A stretch of 64,000 nucleotides of DNA, taken from the sequence record ON287376.1. One strand, written 5' to 3'. Under the pieces are notes generated by a model. It was not told the origin of the DNA, did no database searches, and was given only the letters and a program-made list of their open reading frames with translations. The position numbers were made by a program, and so were the translations under genes. This document shows positions 28,932-38,483 of the stretch, in pieces (position 1 is the stretch's first letter; every line of letters begins with the position of its first letter).

Positions 28932-29293
28932 TTATACTTTACGACATCAACACGATGATCAGTATAGCGAGAAAGATAGACCCAGAACTGAGCCAAGGAG
29001 ACTTGCTTGAAATATTCATATTTTGCATTACGAAAGACAATGATCTAAATTTGGTACATCCGACTTATATTGACGGATCAAACAGAAGAGTAGCTGAGAC
29101 AGTCAGGAGATTATGGCGGTTCATGCCAGGTTATAATTTCTTGGATATAGAGGATGTTCAACTCGCTCCATTCGGCCGTGTAGCAATACACGTAGATGAA
29201 GAGGAGTTCTACGACAGAAACCCTAATGCAATCCCTAGGAGTAAGTCATGGAGAGAATATACCGTCTCGACTACCCAATGTCTGTTCAAGTAA
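28928..29293 (+). CDS. small hypothetical protein (array gene 2)
   Basis: ATGA coupling. Confidence 0.6.
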   Translation: MIILYDINTMISIARKIDPELSQGDLLEIFIFCITKDNDLNLVHPTYIDGSNRRVAETVRRLWRFMPGYNFLDIEDVQLAPFGRVAIHVDEEEFYDRNPNAIPRSKSWREYTVSTTQCLFK

Positions 29294-29664
29294 TCCTGAA
29301 TAAGCTGGATGGTTTGGAAGCTAAATACCGATTCCTTTATTCGTTAGTGAACACCGCTATATGGACAGGGATCTACGAAGGGGAATCGGATAAAACCCTT
29401 TCCTTCAACGAACATTATTACAACGATCACATCGAGTACGTATACGACGACGAAGAGATGTCTGAAGAAACTCTACAGGCTAGGATGAAGGAGTTGGATT
29501 TCTTATCTGACTTATTCACTCGGCCTGAGGGAATCAATCTCTTCGAGAACAGCCTAGCTACAATGGGTCGTTCTTTGTCAGATATCGTAGACGGTTTAGC
29601 CGACCCAGTTCTGGCCGTAGAAACCGCCTTGATTAGTCACTACGATGTTTCAGTTATGGATTAG
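29248..29664 (+). CDS. small hypothetical protein (array gene 3)
   Basis: Overlapping co-directional ORF; SD ggag. Confidence 0.55.
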   Translation: MERIYRLDYPMSVQVILNKLDGLEAKYRFLYSLVNTAIWTGIYEGESDKTLSFNEHYYNDHIEYVYDDEEMSEETLQARMKELDFLSDLFTRPEGINLFENSLATMGRSLSDIVDGLADPVLAVETALISHYDVSVMD

Positions 29665-29673
29665 AGGATTGCA

Positions 29674-30153
29674 ATGGGCAAGTTAGTTGTCGTAGATAGT
29701 TATTCGTTAACCGGGTTCTTGCTCAGTACAATACGGCAGTTTATCCGTCGGTATCCTGAGTACCGTGAACGAATCGATCCGAACATTTCGATAAACAATT
29801 TGCAAGAAACCACCGAGCGCATCATCTGGAATATCATTCAGAAGGACAAGCGTTTCGGTTCCCCGGAGTATTGGGATGAGGTTCAGGAAATCGGGAAGTG
29901 GTTCAAGGGCTACGATCCCGAAGGCGTCTATATAGACGACCGTGGTGAAGAGCAAAATAGCGATGAGATGTCGGGTGAATTCTTCCGTGAAGTTATCGAC
30001 ATGTACGAAGTTCGTATCCGGTCAGTATTGGGATCGATCGGCGTAGATCTCAACTGGGAATATTTGGAGTACGAGAAATCTACACCAACCGCTCTTCTAT
30101 TACGGAGTCACGGTGACTATCGTATTTACGATTATCACAAACGTAATGGGTGA
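29674..30153 (+). CDS. small hypothetical protein (array gene 4)
   Basis: SD gagga. Confidence 0.65.
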   Translation: MGKLVVVDSYSLTGFLLSTIRQFIRRYPEYRERIDPNISINNLQETTERIIWNIIQKDKRFGSPEYWDEVQEIGKWFKGYDPEGVYIDDRGEEQNSDEMSGEFFREVIDMYEVRIRSVLGSIGVDLNWEYLEYEKSTPTALLLRSHGDYRIYDYHKRNG

Positions 30154-30156
30154 GTT

Positions 30157-30504
30157 ATGAGGACATGGTTGATTCCAGTAGAAACGCTACGGGCAAGATA
30201 CACGAGGTTACTCGATAATGTAGATCGGGATGCGAAGAACTCAGTTAACGTTGAAGTGCATCTGAAATACTTGTTGGCTAACCTCATGGAACCCGATCTC
30301 TTCTCCTACCGTGTTGATGAGATAGCGAACGACTTGAGTATGTTTGGTTTCGACCATATTGTCTTTGATTGTTTGGTCTTGGAGGTTAGTGATTTCTTCA
30401 AGAAACAAATCGTCTACCACACCGGATTACCCCCGCATCTTTTCGAAGGAAACTGGCACCTTGACTTCCCAACAAGAACGTTATCGGTCAGTGCATATTG
30501 TTGA
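30157..30504 (+). CDS. small hypothetical protein (array gene 5)
   Basis: Coupled to the previous stop. Confidence 0.6.
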   Translation: MRTWLIPVETLRARYTRLLDNVDRDAKNSVNVEVHLKYLLANLMEPDLFSYRVDEIANDLSMFGFDHIVFDCLVLEVSDFFKKQIVYHTGLPPHLFEGNWHLDFPTRTLSVSAYC

Positions 30505-30964
30505 TATCTCGAACCTACTCAGTCTATTTAAAGTCATGGTGAGTCCGTATGGGCTCTCCGTGGCTGATTGTGTTCGGGTAGCATTCCTTTATGCCATGAC
30601 CTATTCAGTAAACAGTGATGGATCCTCTGTCTTTGACATGAGGTTACGTTATCGTATCGTTAATGAGATGGAGGTACTGGTCGAGAAATCGTTGATCAAG
30701 AATCCACTTAATAACGAAGAGGAGTATGAATTACATCGGACTAATATCTACCTGATGATTCAGAAAATGTCTCGTAATCTAGGGCCGCAATCCTCAGGGT
30801 ACTTCGGCGTTATTGATTCTATAGAGGATATAATGTTCGATTTTGATCTCACCTTAGGAACGCTCTATGTTAGATTTAAGAAGCCCGCCTGGGAGGCATT
30901 CAAAGAGAATAGTTCTATATCTCGATTACAAAGAGGAAATCCACGATCTCTATCTCAGCCTTAG
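30491..30964 (+). CDS. small hypothetical protein (array gene 6; probable GTG start 30491 within track ORF 30344..30964)
   Basis: GTG CAT ATT GTT GAT overlaps the end of gene 5. Confidence 0.5.
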   Translation: MHIVDISNLLSLFKVMVSPYGLSVADCVRVAFLYAMTYSVNSDGSSVFDMRLRYRIVNEMEVLVEKSLIKNPLNNEEEYELHRTNIYLMIQKMSRNLGPQSSGYFGVIDSIEDIMFDFDLTLGTLYVRFKKPAWEAFKENSSISRLQRGNPRSLSQP

Positions 30965-31274
30965 TAAAGACTGGGGGATCATTGGAGCACCTCGATTGTT
31001 GATCGAAGGGGCTATCAACTCTATTACGGCCTCTACGCCTCCTAAGGTAATACTTAAGGAACTCTCCGAAATCATCATGTTAGTTCGTAATCCGTTCTTC
31101 CAGAAAGAGAATTGGGATATGAACAACTGGATGTCTGACGCGCTCGTTTTTTACGGCATGTTTCAAAAGTTCTATGCGCATGTTCTGCTTGCCAGGAACT
31201 TAACCGGAGAGTACTCCGTATCATCTATCGACTTCAGTCAATCTTCAATAAGGTTGATGTTGGAGAAACCATGA
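30867..31274 (+). CDS. small hypothetical protein (array gene 7)
   Basis: Overlapping co-directional ORF. Confidence 0.55.
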   Translation: MLDLRSPPGRHSKRIVLYLDYKEEIHDLYLSLSKDWGIIGAPRLLIEGAINSITASTPPKVILKELSEIIMLVRNPFFQKENWDMNNWMSDALVFYGMFQKFYAHVLLARNLTGEYSVSSIDFSQSSIRLMLEKP

Positions 31275-31711
31275 TTAACCGTAACTTCACTTCCACGGCA
31301 CTATTCGAGATTCGTGGATGGAATGCAAGTGTTCTAGATGCATTCGTAAAGAGGCACGCTCCGGATCTAACTGGCCCGGAGTTACTTAAGTATGCTGCTC
31401 AGTTGTCTTTGGATTACTACATCCATCCCAATGGAGAAGCGTTTGATAATCTCCAGGATAATCTTGAAGAACAGTTTGGTTATAACGAGTTGACGGAAGA
31501 TAGCCCGGATTACGTTTATGAGCAAATTGAACGTGAAGTGCAAGTATATGTGGAAATCGTATCTGACTTCGCAAGGTATCTTGATAAAGAAATCGAACGC
31601 ATCGCCAGCCGTATCGACATCCCGTTGAGCCGAGTCAGTATTGATCGTGCATTCGTACGCGGGCACACATTCGGTTTACAGTTAGTCGATTATGACCGGG
31701 AGGTTTGGTGA
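31271..31711 (+). CDS. small hypothetical protein (array gene 8)
   Basis: SD ggag; ATGA coupling. Confidence 0.65.
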   Translation: MINRNFTSTALFEIRGWNASVLDAFVKRHAPDLTGPELLKYAAQLSLDYYIHPNGEAFDNLQDNLEEQFGYNELTEDSPDYVYEQIEREVQVYVEIVSDFARYLDKEIERIASRIDIPLSRVSIDRAFVRGHTFGLQLVDYDREVW

Positions 31712-32163
31712 GCACCGTAGCTAAAGTAATTGTCTTTGAAGCACTTGAGTATTTAAGGCTGTTGGAAAACCTGTGTTCTGTAGTAGAAGCCTCTGACGAA
31801 ATGGTATATGTCAGCCGTGAAGGTATTACCCATTGTATTCTGGATGATATCATGAGCGGAGGCACATTCGAGGGTTCTATGCGGGGCTATGTGTTTGCCG
31901 ATAGCAAATGTAAAATGGATGTTGCTCTTGAAATAATCGAAGAGCAGCGTGAGTTATTAAGGAATGAATTGACTCAGGTAATGATGCGTCAGTGCATGGG
32001 TGTAATCAAAGATGCCTCTTTCATTGATAACTTCACCATACTCGGGTTAACTAAATCCATTGCGATGAGATACCTGACAAATGATTCTGAAATGTTACCA
32101 CAGCAGCGTATATCTCCCCGTCGTAATTGGGGAATACGTAGACGCGATAACCGGGCGTATTAA
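31705..32163 (+). CDS. small hypothetical protein (array gene 9)
   Basis: SD gggagg. Confidence 0.6.
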   Translation: MVSTVAKVIVFEALEYLRLLENLCSVVEASDEMVYVSREGITHCILDDIMSGGTFEGSMRGYVFADSKCKMDVALEIIEEQRELLRNELTQVMMRQCMGVIKDASFIDNFTILGLTKSIAMRYLTNDSEMLPQQRISPRRNWGIRRRDNRAY

Positions 32164-32461
32164 GAAAGAGGCTAGCGAGTCTGGGGTAGATCTGGAGATC
32201 GACCCCGTCTTCGTCATGGAAGAAGCCGTTAAAGAGATTGAATGGTGTTTTGTTGAACTGTTGTCTCTCGAGGAAGGGGCACCGCCTACTTTCGATTGGT
32301 TAATTAACTCGAGTTTACCTGCAATCAATTTCTATCGTTCTTTGATGGATACCGACGTCTTCACCCATCTACGCAATGAGGAGTTCGACTTCGTAAGTCT
32401 GGATGTTATGAATTCTTGCGAAATCTTAGTAACTCTGAAATGGAGAAGTAAAAATGGCTGA
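32081..32461 (+). CDS. small hypothetical protein (array gene 10)
   Basis: Overlapping co-directional ORF. Confidence 0.55.
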   Translation: MILKCYHSSVYLPVVIGEYVDAITGRIKKEASESGVDLEIDPVFVMEEAVKEIEWCFVELLSLEEGAPPTFDWLINSSLPAINFYRSLMDTDVFTHLRNEEFDFVSLDVMNSCEILVTLKWRSKNG

Positions 32462-32879
32462 AGCAGGTAACAAGATCCTGGGTAAGTTTAACCTGGGTGA
32501 TCGGGTTACGTTCCAGATTTACCCGGTGACACTTTACGGTGACATTTTCCGTAACTGCGTCCCTACTGACCTTATCTCGTTCAAGTCAACGCCTCGCTTT
32601 AATGTCGATGCTGCCGCTGAACACGCTAAGGTTTACAACTTACTTCCACCTGGCCAAGCGCCAAATGACCCTGCGGGTTATAAGTGGTTAGTAGTTACTC
32701 TGGAGAACGGCGATGAGCGCGTAATCGGGTTACCTTGGATTAAGGTTGATACAATCCAGGTAATCCAGGTGGTTAACACCTACGTGACTATCCCGAACAC
32801 TGCCCCAGAAGATCAAGAGAAGATTCGACTGGCACTCTCTGCCGCAGGTTTCAACGACGTCGAAATCAATCAGCGATAA
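32454..32879 (+). CDS. conserved hypothetical protein upstream of the DNA polymerase (SH3-like beta fold possible)
   Basis: SD ggag; normal phage codon usage resumes; terminator follows. Confidence 0.65.
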   Translation: MAEAGNKILGKFNLGDRVTFQIYPVTLYGDIFRNCVPTDLISFKSTPRFNVDAAAEHAKVYNLLPPGQAPNDPAGYKWLVVTLENGDERVIGLPWIKVDTIQVIQVVNTYVTIPNTAPEDQEKIRLALSAAGFNDVEINQR

Positions 32880-32996
32880 CATACTCCTCCCTCTGCCATT
32901 AGGCAGAGGGAGGGCTATTTATTCTCTTTCTTTTTTCTTTTACGTCATGGGCTGATGGTATAGATGAAAGTTTAAGATTAGAAAAAAGGGATTAAC

Positions 32997-35225
32997 ATGT
33001 CCGCTAATATTCAGAACCCATTTAATCGTCCTGCGTCACACTACACGCGTAACATCGATGTCATTACAGGCTACATCGAACAGAATACTTTACTCCTCCA
33101 TAAGTCAACTGGACTTCCGATGGATGAGTGTGAAGCTTTCGTAAGAGAAGAACTCTTCGAAGGCCCGAATAAAATGAAGGATCCTGAGTTCCTGTTATTG
33201 GAAAGGGACGACGAACTCGACCAGCATCCTAAAGCAGTGAAGTTTACTCAGTACATCAGTACAGTGACTTCAAACGGCTGGTTACTGGCACCTACCTTCA
33301 CTACGGTACTACCACCGCACATCAAACAGTCTCTGCTTTCCGAATACATCAAAGGAAACTTGAGCAAACGTTCCGCTGAGAAGCACTTGATGTTTGAAGC
33401 CGAGCGTAAAGGTAATGGTTTTAAAGCTACATTCCACAAGAACAACCAGAACAACAAAAAGATCCTGAACAACGCCATCTCTGGTAACCACCGTTCTGAG
33501 CACAGCCCGTTACATGACCGTAGTACTCACCCGGTGCTGACTTCGTGCTGTCGTATTGCTAACGGTAGCGCTAACTCCAACGATGATCGGCTGTTGTCCG
33601 GTAACCGTCACTATTGGAAGCCTGAAGTTGTACTGAACAATATCAGTAGTATCCTCAGCCTGAGCAATTGGGACGAAGTGGAAGAAGCGGTAGTGAAGCA
33701 TAACCTCCATATCCCGACAGTGGATGAAGTTATGGAAGTTATCCGTTGGGGTAGTGACCTTTATTGGGGCCGCGGTAACCCTGACTCACCGGCTCACCGT
33801 ACAATCCGTAAGTACGTAGAGGGTTGCACGGATATCGAGCGTGCAGGTATTGTTTATACCGGCGACCTTTACCACTTACGTAAATACAACGAACCGTTAG
33901 TACGTGACTTCATCTCTGGTTTGGTTACTCCGGCTACTGAGATTGACCCTGATCATGAAGCGTGGCTGAAACACGTAGATGATGACACCATCGCACAGAT
34001 GAAAGTTATGTTCCCACACATTCTCTTGGAAGAGGATCTTTGGGACGACTACGAAGAAGTGAGTCAGCGTGAAGGCTTTGGTCTGATGGGCACAACGTGC
34101 AAACAGATCTACCAGAAGCTGGACAAGTATAAGGAGATCATCAACGTCTTCTTCATGTCTAAGAACATTCCGTTCCTGACTTGTGACTTCCCTCACTCCA
34201 TCCGTCGTAGTGGTGTAGGTTCAGATACAGACTCCGCAATCTTTACGGTACAGGATTGGGTACAATGGTACTCTGGTCACAACCGCGTGAACCATGAGAA
34301 CATCATCATAGCCGAATCTATGGGCTTCATTGTATCTCAAACCACAACACACAACCTGGCTAGCTTGGCGGGTAACATGGGTGTTGTAGAACCTAAAGAA
34401 GTATTCCGTCTCTCAATGAAGAACGAATACCTGTTCCCTATCTTTACTCTTACGTCTCGTGCTAAGCACTACTTTGCTAACATGGCGGTACAAGAGGGGG
34501 TAATCTTTAAGAAGTATAAACGTGAGAAGAAAGGTGTGGAGTTAATCGCATCTAACTCACCGGCCGGGGTACGTGCTGACCTTGATAGAATCATCGAGGA
34601 AATCACTGACCTGGCTACGGAAGATAAAAAGATTAACCTTGCTCGTTACTTACGCTGGGTAGCTCGCTGGGAATACACCATTTACGATTCTATTCGTAAC
34701 GGTGAAGTAACTTACCTGAAAGCTGCTCGTGTAAAAGAGGAAGATGGTTACGAAGGTGAAAACACCCCTTACCTGAACTATGAGTTGTGGCAGGAAGTGT
34801 TCGCACCTAAGTATGGTTTGATCGAACCGCCTCCGTATTCTGCTTTGGCGTTTAGCATTATTCATGACACCAAGAAGAAAACGGATAACTGGTTGAATAC
34901 GTGGGAAGATCAGGAGATGGCGGGTCGCTTCCGTAAATGGTTAGCGTCTAAAGGGAAGGGTTACGTTGGCCGTATGTTGCTGCCTGAGAGTATCATTATC
35001 TCCATGGGTATTCCATCAGAGATTCTGGATGCAATCGACGTACGCAAGATTATCGGTTCAGCAATGAGCCCGATGTACCTGGTCTTAGAGAGCCTGGACT
35101 ACTATCTGTTTGACAGTAACCAGACTCGTCTTATCTTTGACCACATCGACCGTGACGTAGCCTTTATGGACGTAGACCAAGTGGACTCAGCACTTCGGAC
35201 TCAAGTAGCTGAAGAGTTCGATTAA
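32997..35225 (+). CDS. family B DNA polymerase, polymerase-domain subunit (phiKZ gp50-like)
   Basis: Motif B-like KILNNAISG and motif C SDTDSAIF; no N-terminal exonuclease domain, as for the split phiKZ-type enzyme. Confidence 0.85.
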   Translation: MSANIQNPFNRPASHYTRNIDVITGYIEQNTLLLHKSTGLPMDECEAFVREELFEGPNKMKDPEFLLLERDDELDQHPKAVKFTQYISTVTSNGWLLAPTFTTVLPPHIKQSLLSEYIKGNLSKRSAEKHLMFEAERKGNGFKATFHKNNQNNKKILNNAISGNHRSEHSPLHDRSTHPVLTSCCRIANGSANSNDDRLLSGNRHYWKPEVVLNNISSILSLSNWDEVEEAVVKHNLHIPTVDEVMEVIRWGSDLYWGRGNPDSPAHRTIRKYVEGCTDIERAGIVYTGDLYHLRKYNEPLVRDFISGLVTPATEIDPDHEAWLKHVDDDTIAQMKVMFPHILLEEDLWDDYEEVSQREGFGLMGTTCKQIYQKLDKYKEIINVFFMSKNIPFLTCDFPHSIRRSGVGSDTDSAIFTVQDWVQWYSGHNRVNHENIIIAESMGFIVSQTTTHNLASLAGNMGVVEPKEVFRLSMKNEYLFPIFTLTSRAKHYFANMAVQEGVIFKKYKREKKGVELIASNSPAGVRADLDRIIEEITDLATEDKKINLARYLRWVARWEYTIYDSIRNGEVTYLKAARVKEEDGYEGENTPYLNYELWQEVFAPKYGLIEPPPYSALAFSIIHDTKKKTDNWLNTWEDQEMAGRFRKWLASKGKGYVGRMLLPESIIISMGIPSEILDAIDVRKIIGSAMSPMYLVLESLDYYLFDSNQTRLIFDHIDRDVAFMDVDQVDSALRTQVAEEFD

Positions 35226-36261
35226 CGTCTACTCCGGTAATCCCATTGAAGTAGTTACCGTTCTTTAACCGATTGAAATAGCGATCGAGGTATTGAGCAA
35301 CGCGGGTATTGTTCTGCGTCTTAGTCTCTTTACCTGCCCAGGCAAGGAACGCCAGGTATCGCATATAAGCCAGGGTATAAATACCTAGGTTCTGTCGGTT
35401 GAAGAACGTATCCGGGATTCGCAGTTTATCTGCGAGGTTATCCAGGAAGATCAGAGGGATCTGAGCTGGCAAAGTAAGGAAGTCTTTGTTGGCAGTACGT
35501 AACCGATTGATCAAGTCGGCAATAACCGAATCTGCAGGTGTGTTTAAATCCACGGAGGCCAGCCCAATTCGTTTGGGTTGGCTTACCATGGGTTTATGCT
35601 CCCATCTCGCTGCCAGACGGTTAAAGAAGCAGGTATCGATATCGCTACTGATCATGTTCACCAATGGGTATTGATAAACGAACTGAGTAACCAGCGGTTT
35701 GACTTCGCTATATGCCTGGATATTAACTTTCCATTTAACAAACTGGAGAGCAAGTAAACCGATGTCCAATTCTAGGAAAGCACCAGCCTTACCGATCGGA
35801 TAATCTTCGCCGTTACGAGTCTGCATGGTCAAGTCGGTAAAAGGATGTGATATTACCTTAATAGGTTCCAAGTCCATCCAGATGTCTGTCACGTCCAAAT
35901 TGGTTGGGTAACGACGCTTGACGCAGATAATGAATTCTCGAACGCTTTTAGGGAAGAAAGAGTTCTTACTCAGCGCACCTGACAGTTGAACTTCATTGTT
36001 CAGCCCAAGTGCACGGATGATCTTATCAGCCTGGGTGTTAACACGGTAATAAAAGTCTTCATCATTACCCAGGTACTGGACTGCTACGTGCTGAAGAACC
36101 TGAACCAGGATATGGTCTGACTCCACTGCGTGTACAGATTTACGGTACCAGTATTTGGTACGAACCAAATTCGATTGAGCATTGTTCCTGAGGAGATTCA
36201 TGGCGCCAGGCGTATAATCCCTGACGTTATCTGTCCTTAGGTCTTTGAATATTTCGATCAT
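35164..36261 (-). CDS. conserved phiKZ-like (probable virion) protein
   Basis: 365 aa; SD gaggt; lies between the polymerase and chimallin, as in related phages. Confidence 0.6.
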   Translation of the reverse strand: MIEIFKDLRTDNVRDYTPGAMNLLRNNAQSNLVRTKYWYRKSVHAVESDHILVQVLQHVAVQYLGNDEDFYYRVNTQADKIIRALGLNNEVQLSGALSKNSFFPKSVREFIICVKRRYPTNLDVTDIWMDLEPIKVISHPFTDLTMQTRNGEDYPIGKAGAFLELDIGLLALQFVKWKVNIQAYSEVKPLVTQFVYQYPLVNMISSDIDTCFFNRLAARWEHKPMVSQPKRIGLASVDLNTPADSVIADLINRLRTANKDFLTLPAQIPLIFLDNLADKLRIPDTFFNRQNLGIYTLAYMRYLAFLAWAGKETKTQNNTRVAQYLDRYFNRLKNGNYFNGITGVDVNRTLQLLESEVLSPLGLRP

Positions 36262-36440
36262 CGTTTACCTCATGGGTAAAGGGTTAGGTAATTTTTTACA
36301 TACGATCCATTAGATATGTAAAAGTAACTATTCCGATTGGAATTGTTGCTAGGTACGTATAATCTATTATATGTACAAACTATTCTTGGGTGCCTCGGGG
36401 TGCTCAGGTCGTACTATAGGCTATATAGCCGAAATGAAAC

Positions 36441-36470
36441 TTTTTTCACGTCTATATTCCTACTATGAAG
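36441..36470 (+). promoter_or_regulatory. early-type promoter upstream of chimallin (TATATTCC variant)
   Basis: ttttttca-cgtc-tatattcc-tact-atgaag matches the spacing of the consensus. Confidence 0.55.
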
Positions 36471-36549
36471 ATAAACAAAGATGTTTGTTCTTCAACTAAT
36501 TACTTTCATTGCAATGAAACAATAAACAATGCTTTTAAGGAGCAAAACA

Positions 36550-38382
36550 ATGAGTCTGTCTGACCAAAACGTTAACGAAGCTAAAAACACCCAACGCGCT
36601 GCAGCTGCACAGGGTCAACAACCTCGCGAACAAGCAGGCCGTCGTCTGAACACCAACATCTTCGAAAGCGGCCAACTGGTACAAGCCGGCGTTTCCGGTA
36701 ACGAACTGACCACTTTCATCGAGCGCTTCAACGCTTATCACGACGCAAACAAAGCTGCTCTGTCTGCCGGCGGTCAACTGACCTGGGCCGTAATCCCAGC
36801 ATCTTCTGGCGAAACCAAAATGAAGCTGGATGCAGCTGTCGTTGTCGGTAAAGCCACTACCTCCGAAGGCGTGATCACCACTGCACTGACTCTGCTGTTC
36901 ACCGGCGGCCAGCCTCTGCCGAAGCAAGTCGTAGAGATCAGCAACCGTAACGAGCGTCAGTACTCTGCCGTCGCGAACGATCAGTTCACTGAAGCGTATC
37001 AGAAAAAGCTGACCGAAATCATCAACCGCAAAGCGCCTTACATGGGCGAAGCTGAAAACATCGTTCTGATGGGCGCCGTGGCAGTAACCAACGCGCAACT
37101 GAGCGAAGCGAAGTGCGAAGACCTGATCATCTCCGCGGTGAACTCCGTCTTCGGTTACCTGGGCAACATGCTGCGTACCGAACACTTCTCTCTGACCGAT
37201 GCGATCGACTCTCAGCGCAGCGAGTTCGTTTCTCGCGTGATCTACAATCAGGGCGATGCCCATGACGAAATCACCGAGCGTCCTCGTCGTCGCGATCTGG
37301 CCGTCGAAGTATCTCTGGCAACCAAAGGTCAGCGTAACCGTGTGTCTAACGCACTGGAAAACGCTGAAGGCGCAATGGACATCGCAACCATCGAAGGTTA
37401 CGTTGATCTGCTGTTCCTGGGTCGTCCGGATGGTCAGCAACGTCGTTCTCGCTACCGTTCTCAGCGTGAAGAAGACGCAGCGCGTCAGATCTACGGTAAA
37501 AACCTGGTCATCACCCACATGAAGCACGAAGCTTCTCCTGAGCACCTGTGCCTGGCACTGGCCCAGATCCCTGTACTGATCAACGAAAACGTTCTGACCA
37601 CTGGCCTGAAGCCAGCCGGCGACAACGCGAAACTGCGTACTCCGGTTGCTCTGACCTACGAGCTGGACGAAGAGTTCGAAGCAGTGCCGGACGTTCTGGA
37701 CGATGCAGAGTGGGCTGACCTGACCGACGTAGTGATCCAACCGGATCAGAACTTCGTAACCGTACTGATCGACGAAACCGGCATCACCACCCAACAGCAG
37801 AAACTGCTGCTGCAAGCGACCGACCGCATGAACCCGAACCGTGACCTGTTCGCAGACATGCTGGTACAAGCGGCTGATAACCTGACCAAAGGCGCCTTCA
37901 TGGAAAGCCTGGGCGCAGCGCGTATCAACCCGCTGGATATCGGCGAACGTCAAGACCGTATCGTCCTGCTGGGCGAATGGACTGACGACCGTGGCCAAAT
38001 CCGTTCTCTGACCGAAATCGACTACTACGCGATCCTGACTGCCTTCGGCCAGAAAGATCGTCGCATCGTAGAAGACTGGGATCGTTGCCAGAACGATGTA
38101 AGCCTGCCGATCGAAATCCGTCTGGCGAAAATGGAAGAGATCATCGACCAATTCACCGGCGGTTCCTACCGCATCACCGGTCACGGTGTTCCAGTACTGG
38201 TTAACACCCAGTGGCTGTTCACTCTGACCAACGCCGCAGAGCGCGCTGGTATGGTTACTCAGGCTGACGGTATCTATCAGGATACTCGTTTCCGTCGTGG
38301 TTTCCAATCTCAGTACGCTACTTCCGGTTACGCCGGCAAAGCGTTCCGTATGCGTGGTACTGGTCGCAACGATTACTTCTAA
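36550..38382 (+). CDS. chmA: chimallin, major nuclear shell protein
   Basis: About 610 aa, extreme codon bias, own promoter and terminator; located between the DNA polymerase block and the nvRNAP beta' gene, as in nucleus-forming phages; co-occurs with PhuZ; SD aaggag before ATG 36550. Assignment rests on synteny and size. Confidence 0.82.
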   Translation: MSLSDQNVNEAKNTQRAAAAQGQQPREQAGRRLNTNIFESGQLVQAGVSGNELTTFIERFNAYHDANKAALSAGGQLTWAVIPASSGETKMKLDAAVVVGKATTSEGVITTALTLLFTGGQPLPKQVVEISNRNERQYSAVANDQFTEAYQKKLTEIINRKAPYMGEAENIVLMGAVAVTNAQLSEAKCEDLIISAVNSVFGYLGNMLRTEHFSLTDAIDSQRSEFVSRVIYNQGDAHDEITERPRRRDLAVEVSLATKGQRNRVSNALENAEGAMDIATIEGYVDLLFLGRPDGQQRRSRYRSQREEDAARQIYGKNLVITHMKHEASPEHLCLALAQIPVLINENVLTTGLKPAGDNAKLRTPVALTYELDEEFEAVPDVLDDAEWADLTDVVIQPDQNFVTVLIDETGITTQQQKLLLQATDRMNPNRDLFADMLVQAADNLTKGAFMESLGAARINPLDIGERQDRIVLLGEWTDDRGQIRSLTEIDYYAILTAFGQKDRRIVEDWDRCQNDVSLPIEIRLAKMEEIIDQFTGGSYRITGHGVPVLVNTQWLFTLTNAAERAGMVTQADGIYQDTRFRRGFQSQYATSGYAGKAFRMRGTGRNDYF

Positions 38383-38422
38383 GTAATAGTTCGGAAGTAA
38401 TTGAAGTACTCCCGTAAGGGTG

Positions 38423-38454
38423 AGAAAGGGGGCGTTTGCCTCCTTTCTTTTTTT
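38423..38454 (+). terminator. intrinsic terminator after chimallin
   Basis: agaaagggggc-gttt-gcctcctttct followed by a T run. Confidence 0.85.
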
Positions 38455-38483
38455 CTATCTTTTCAGAAAAGAGGGGAAAGTAA

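Noticed and set aside
35164-35225. 62-bp convergent overlap between the DNA polymerase and the minus-strand gene
   Set aside because: It involves only short non-conserved tails; this is common in compact phage genomes.
32997-35225. DNA polymerase lacking a proofreading domain
   Set aside because: The split polymerase is established for phiKZ-like phages; the other part is expected outside this window.
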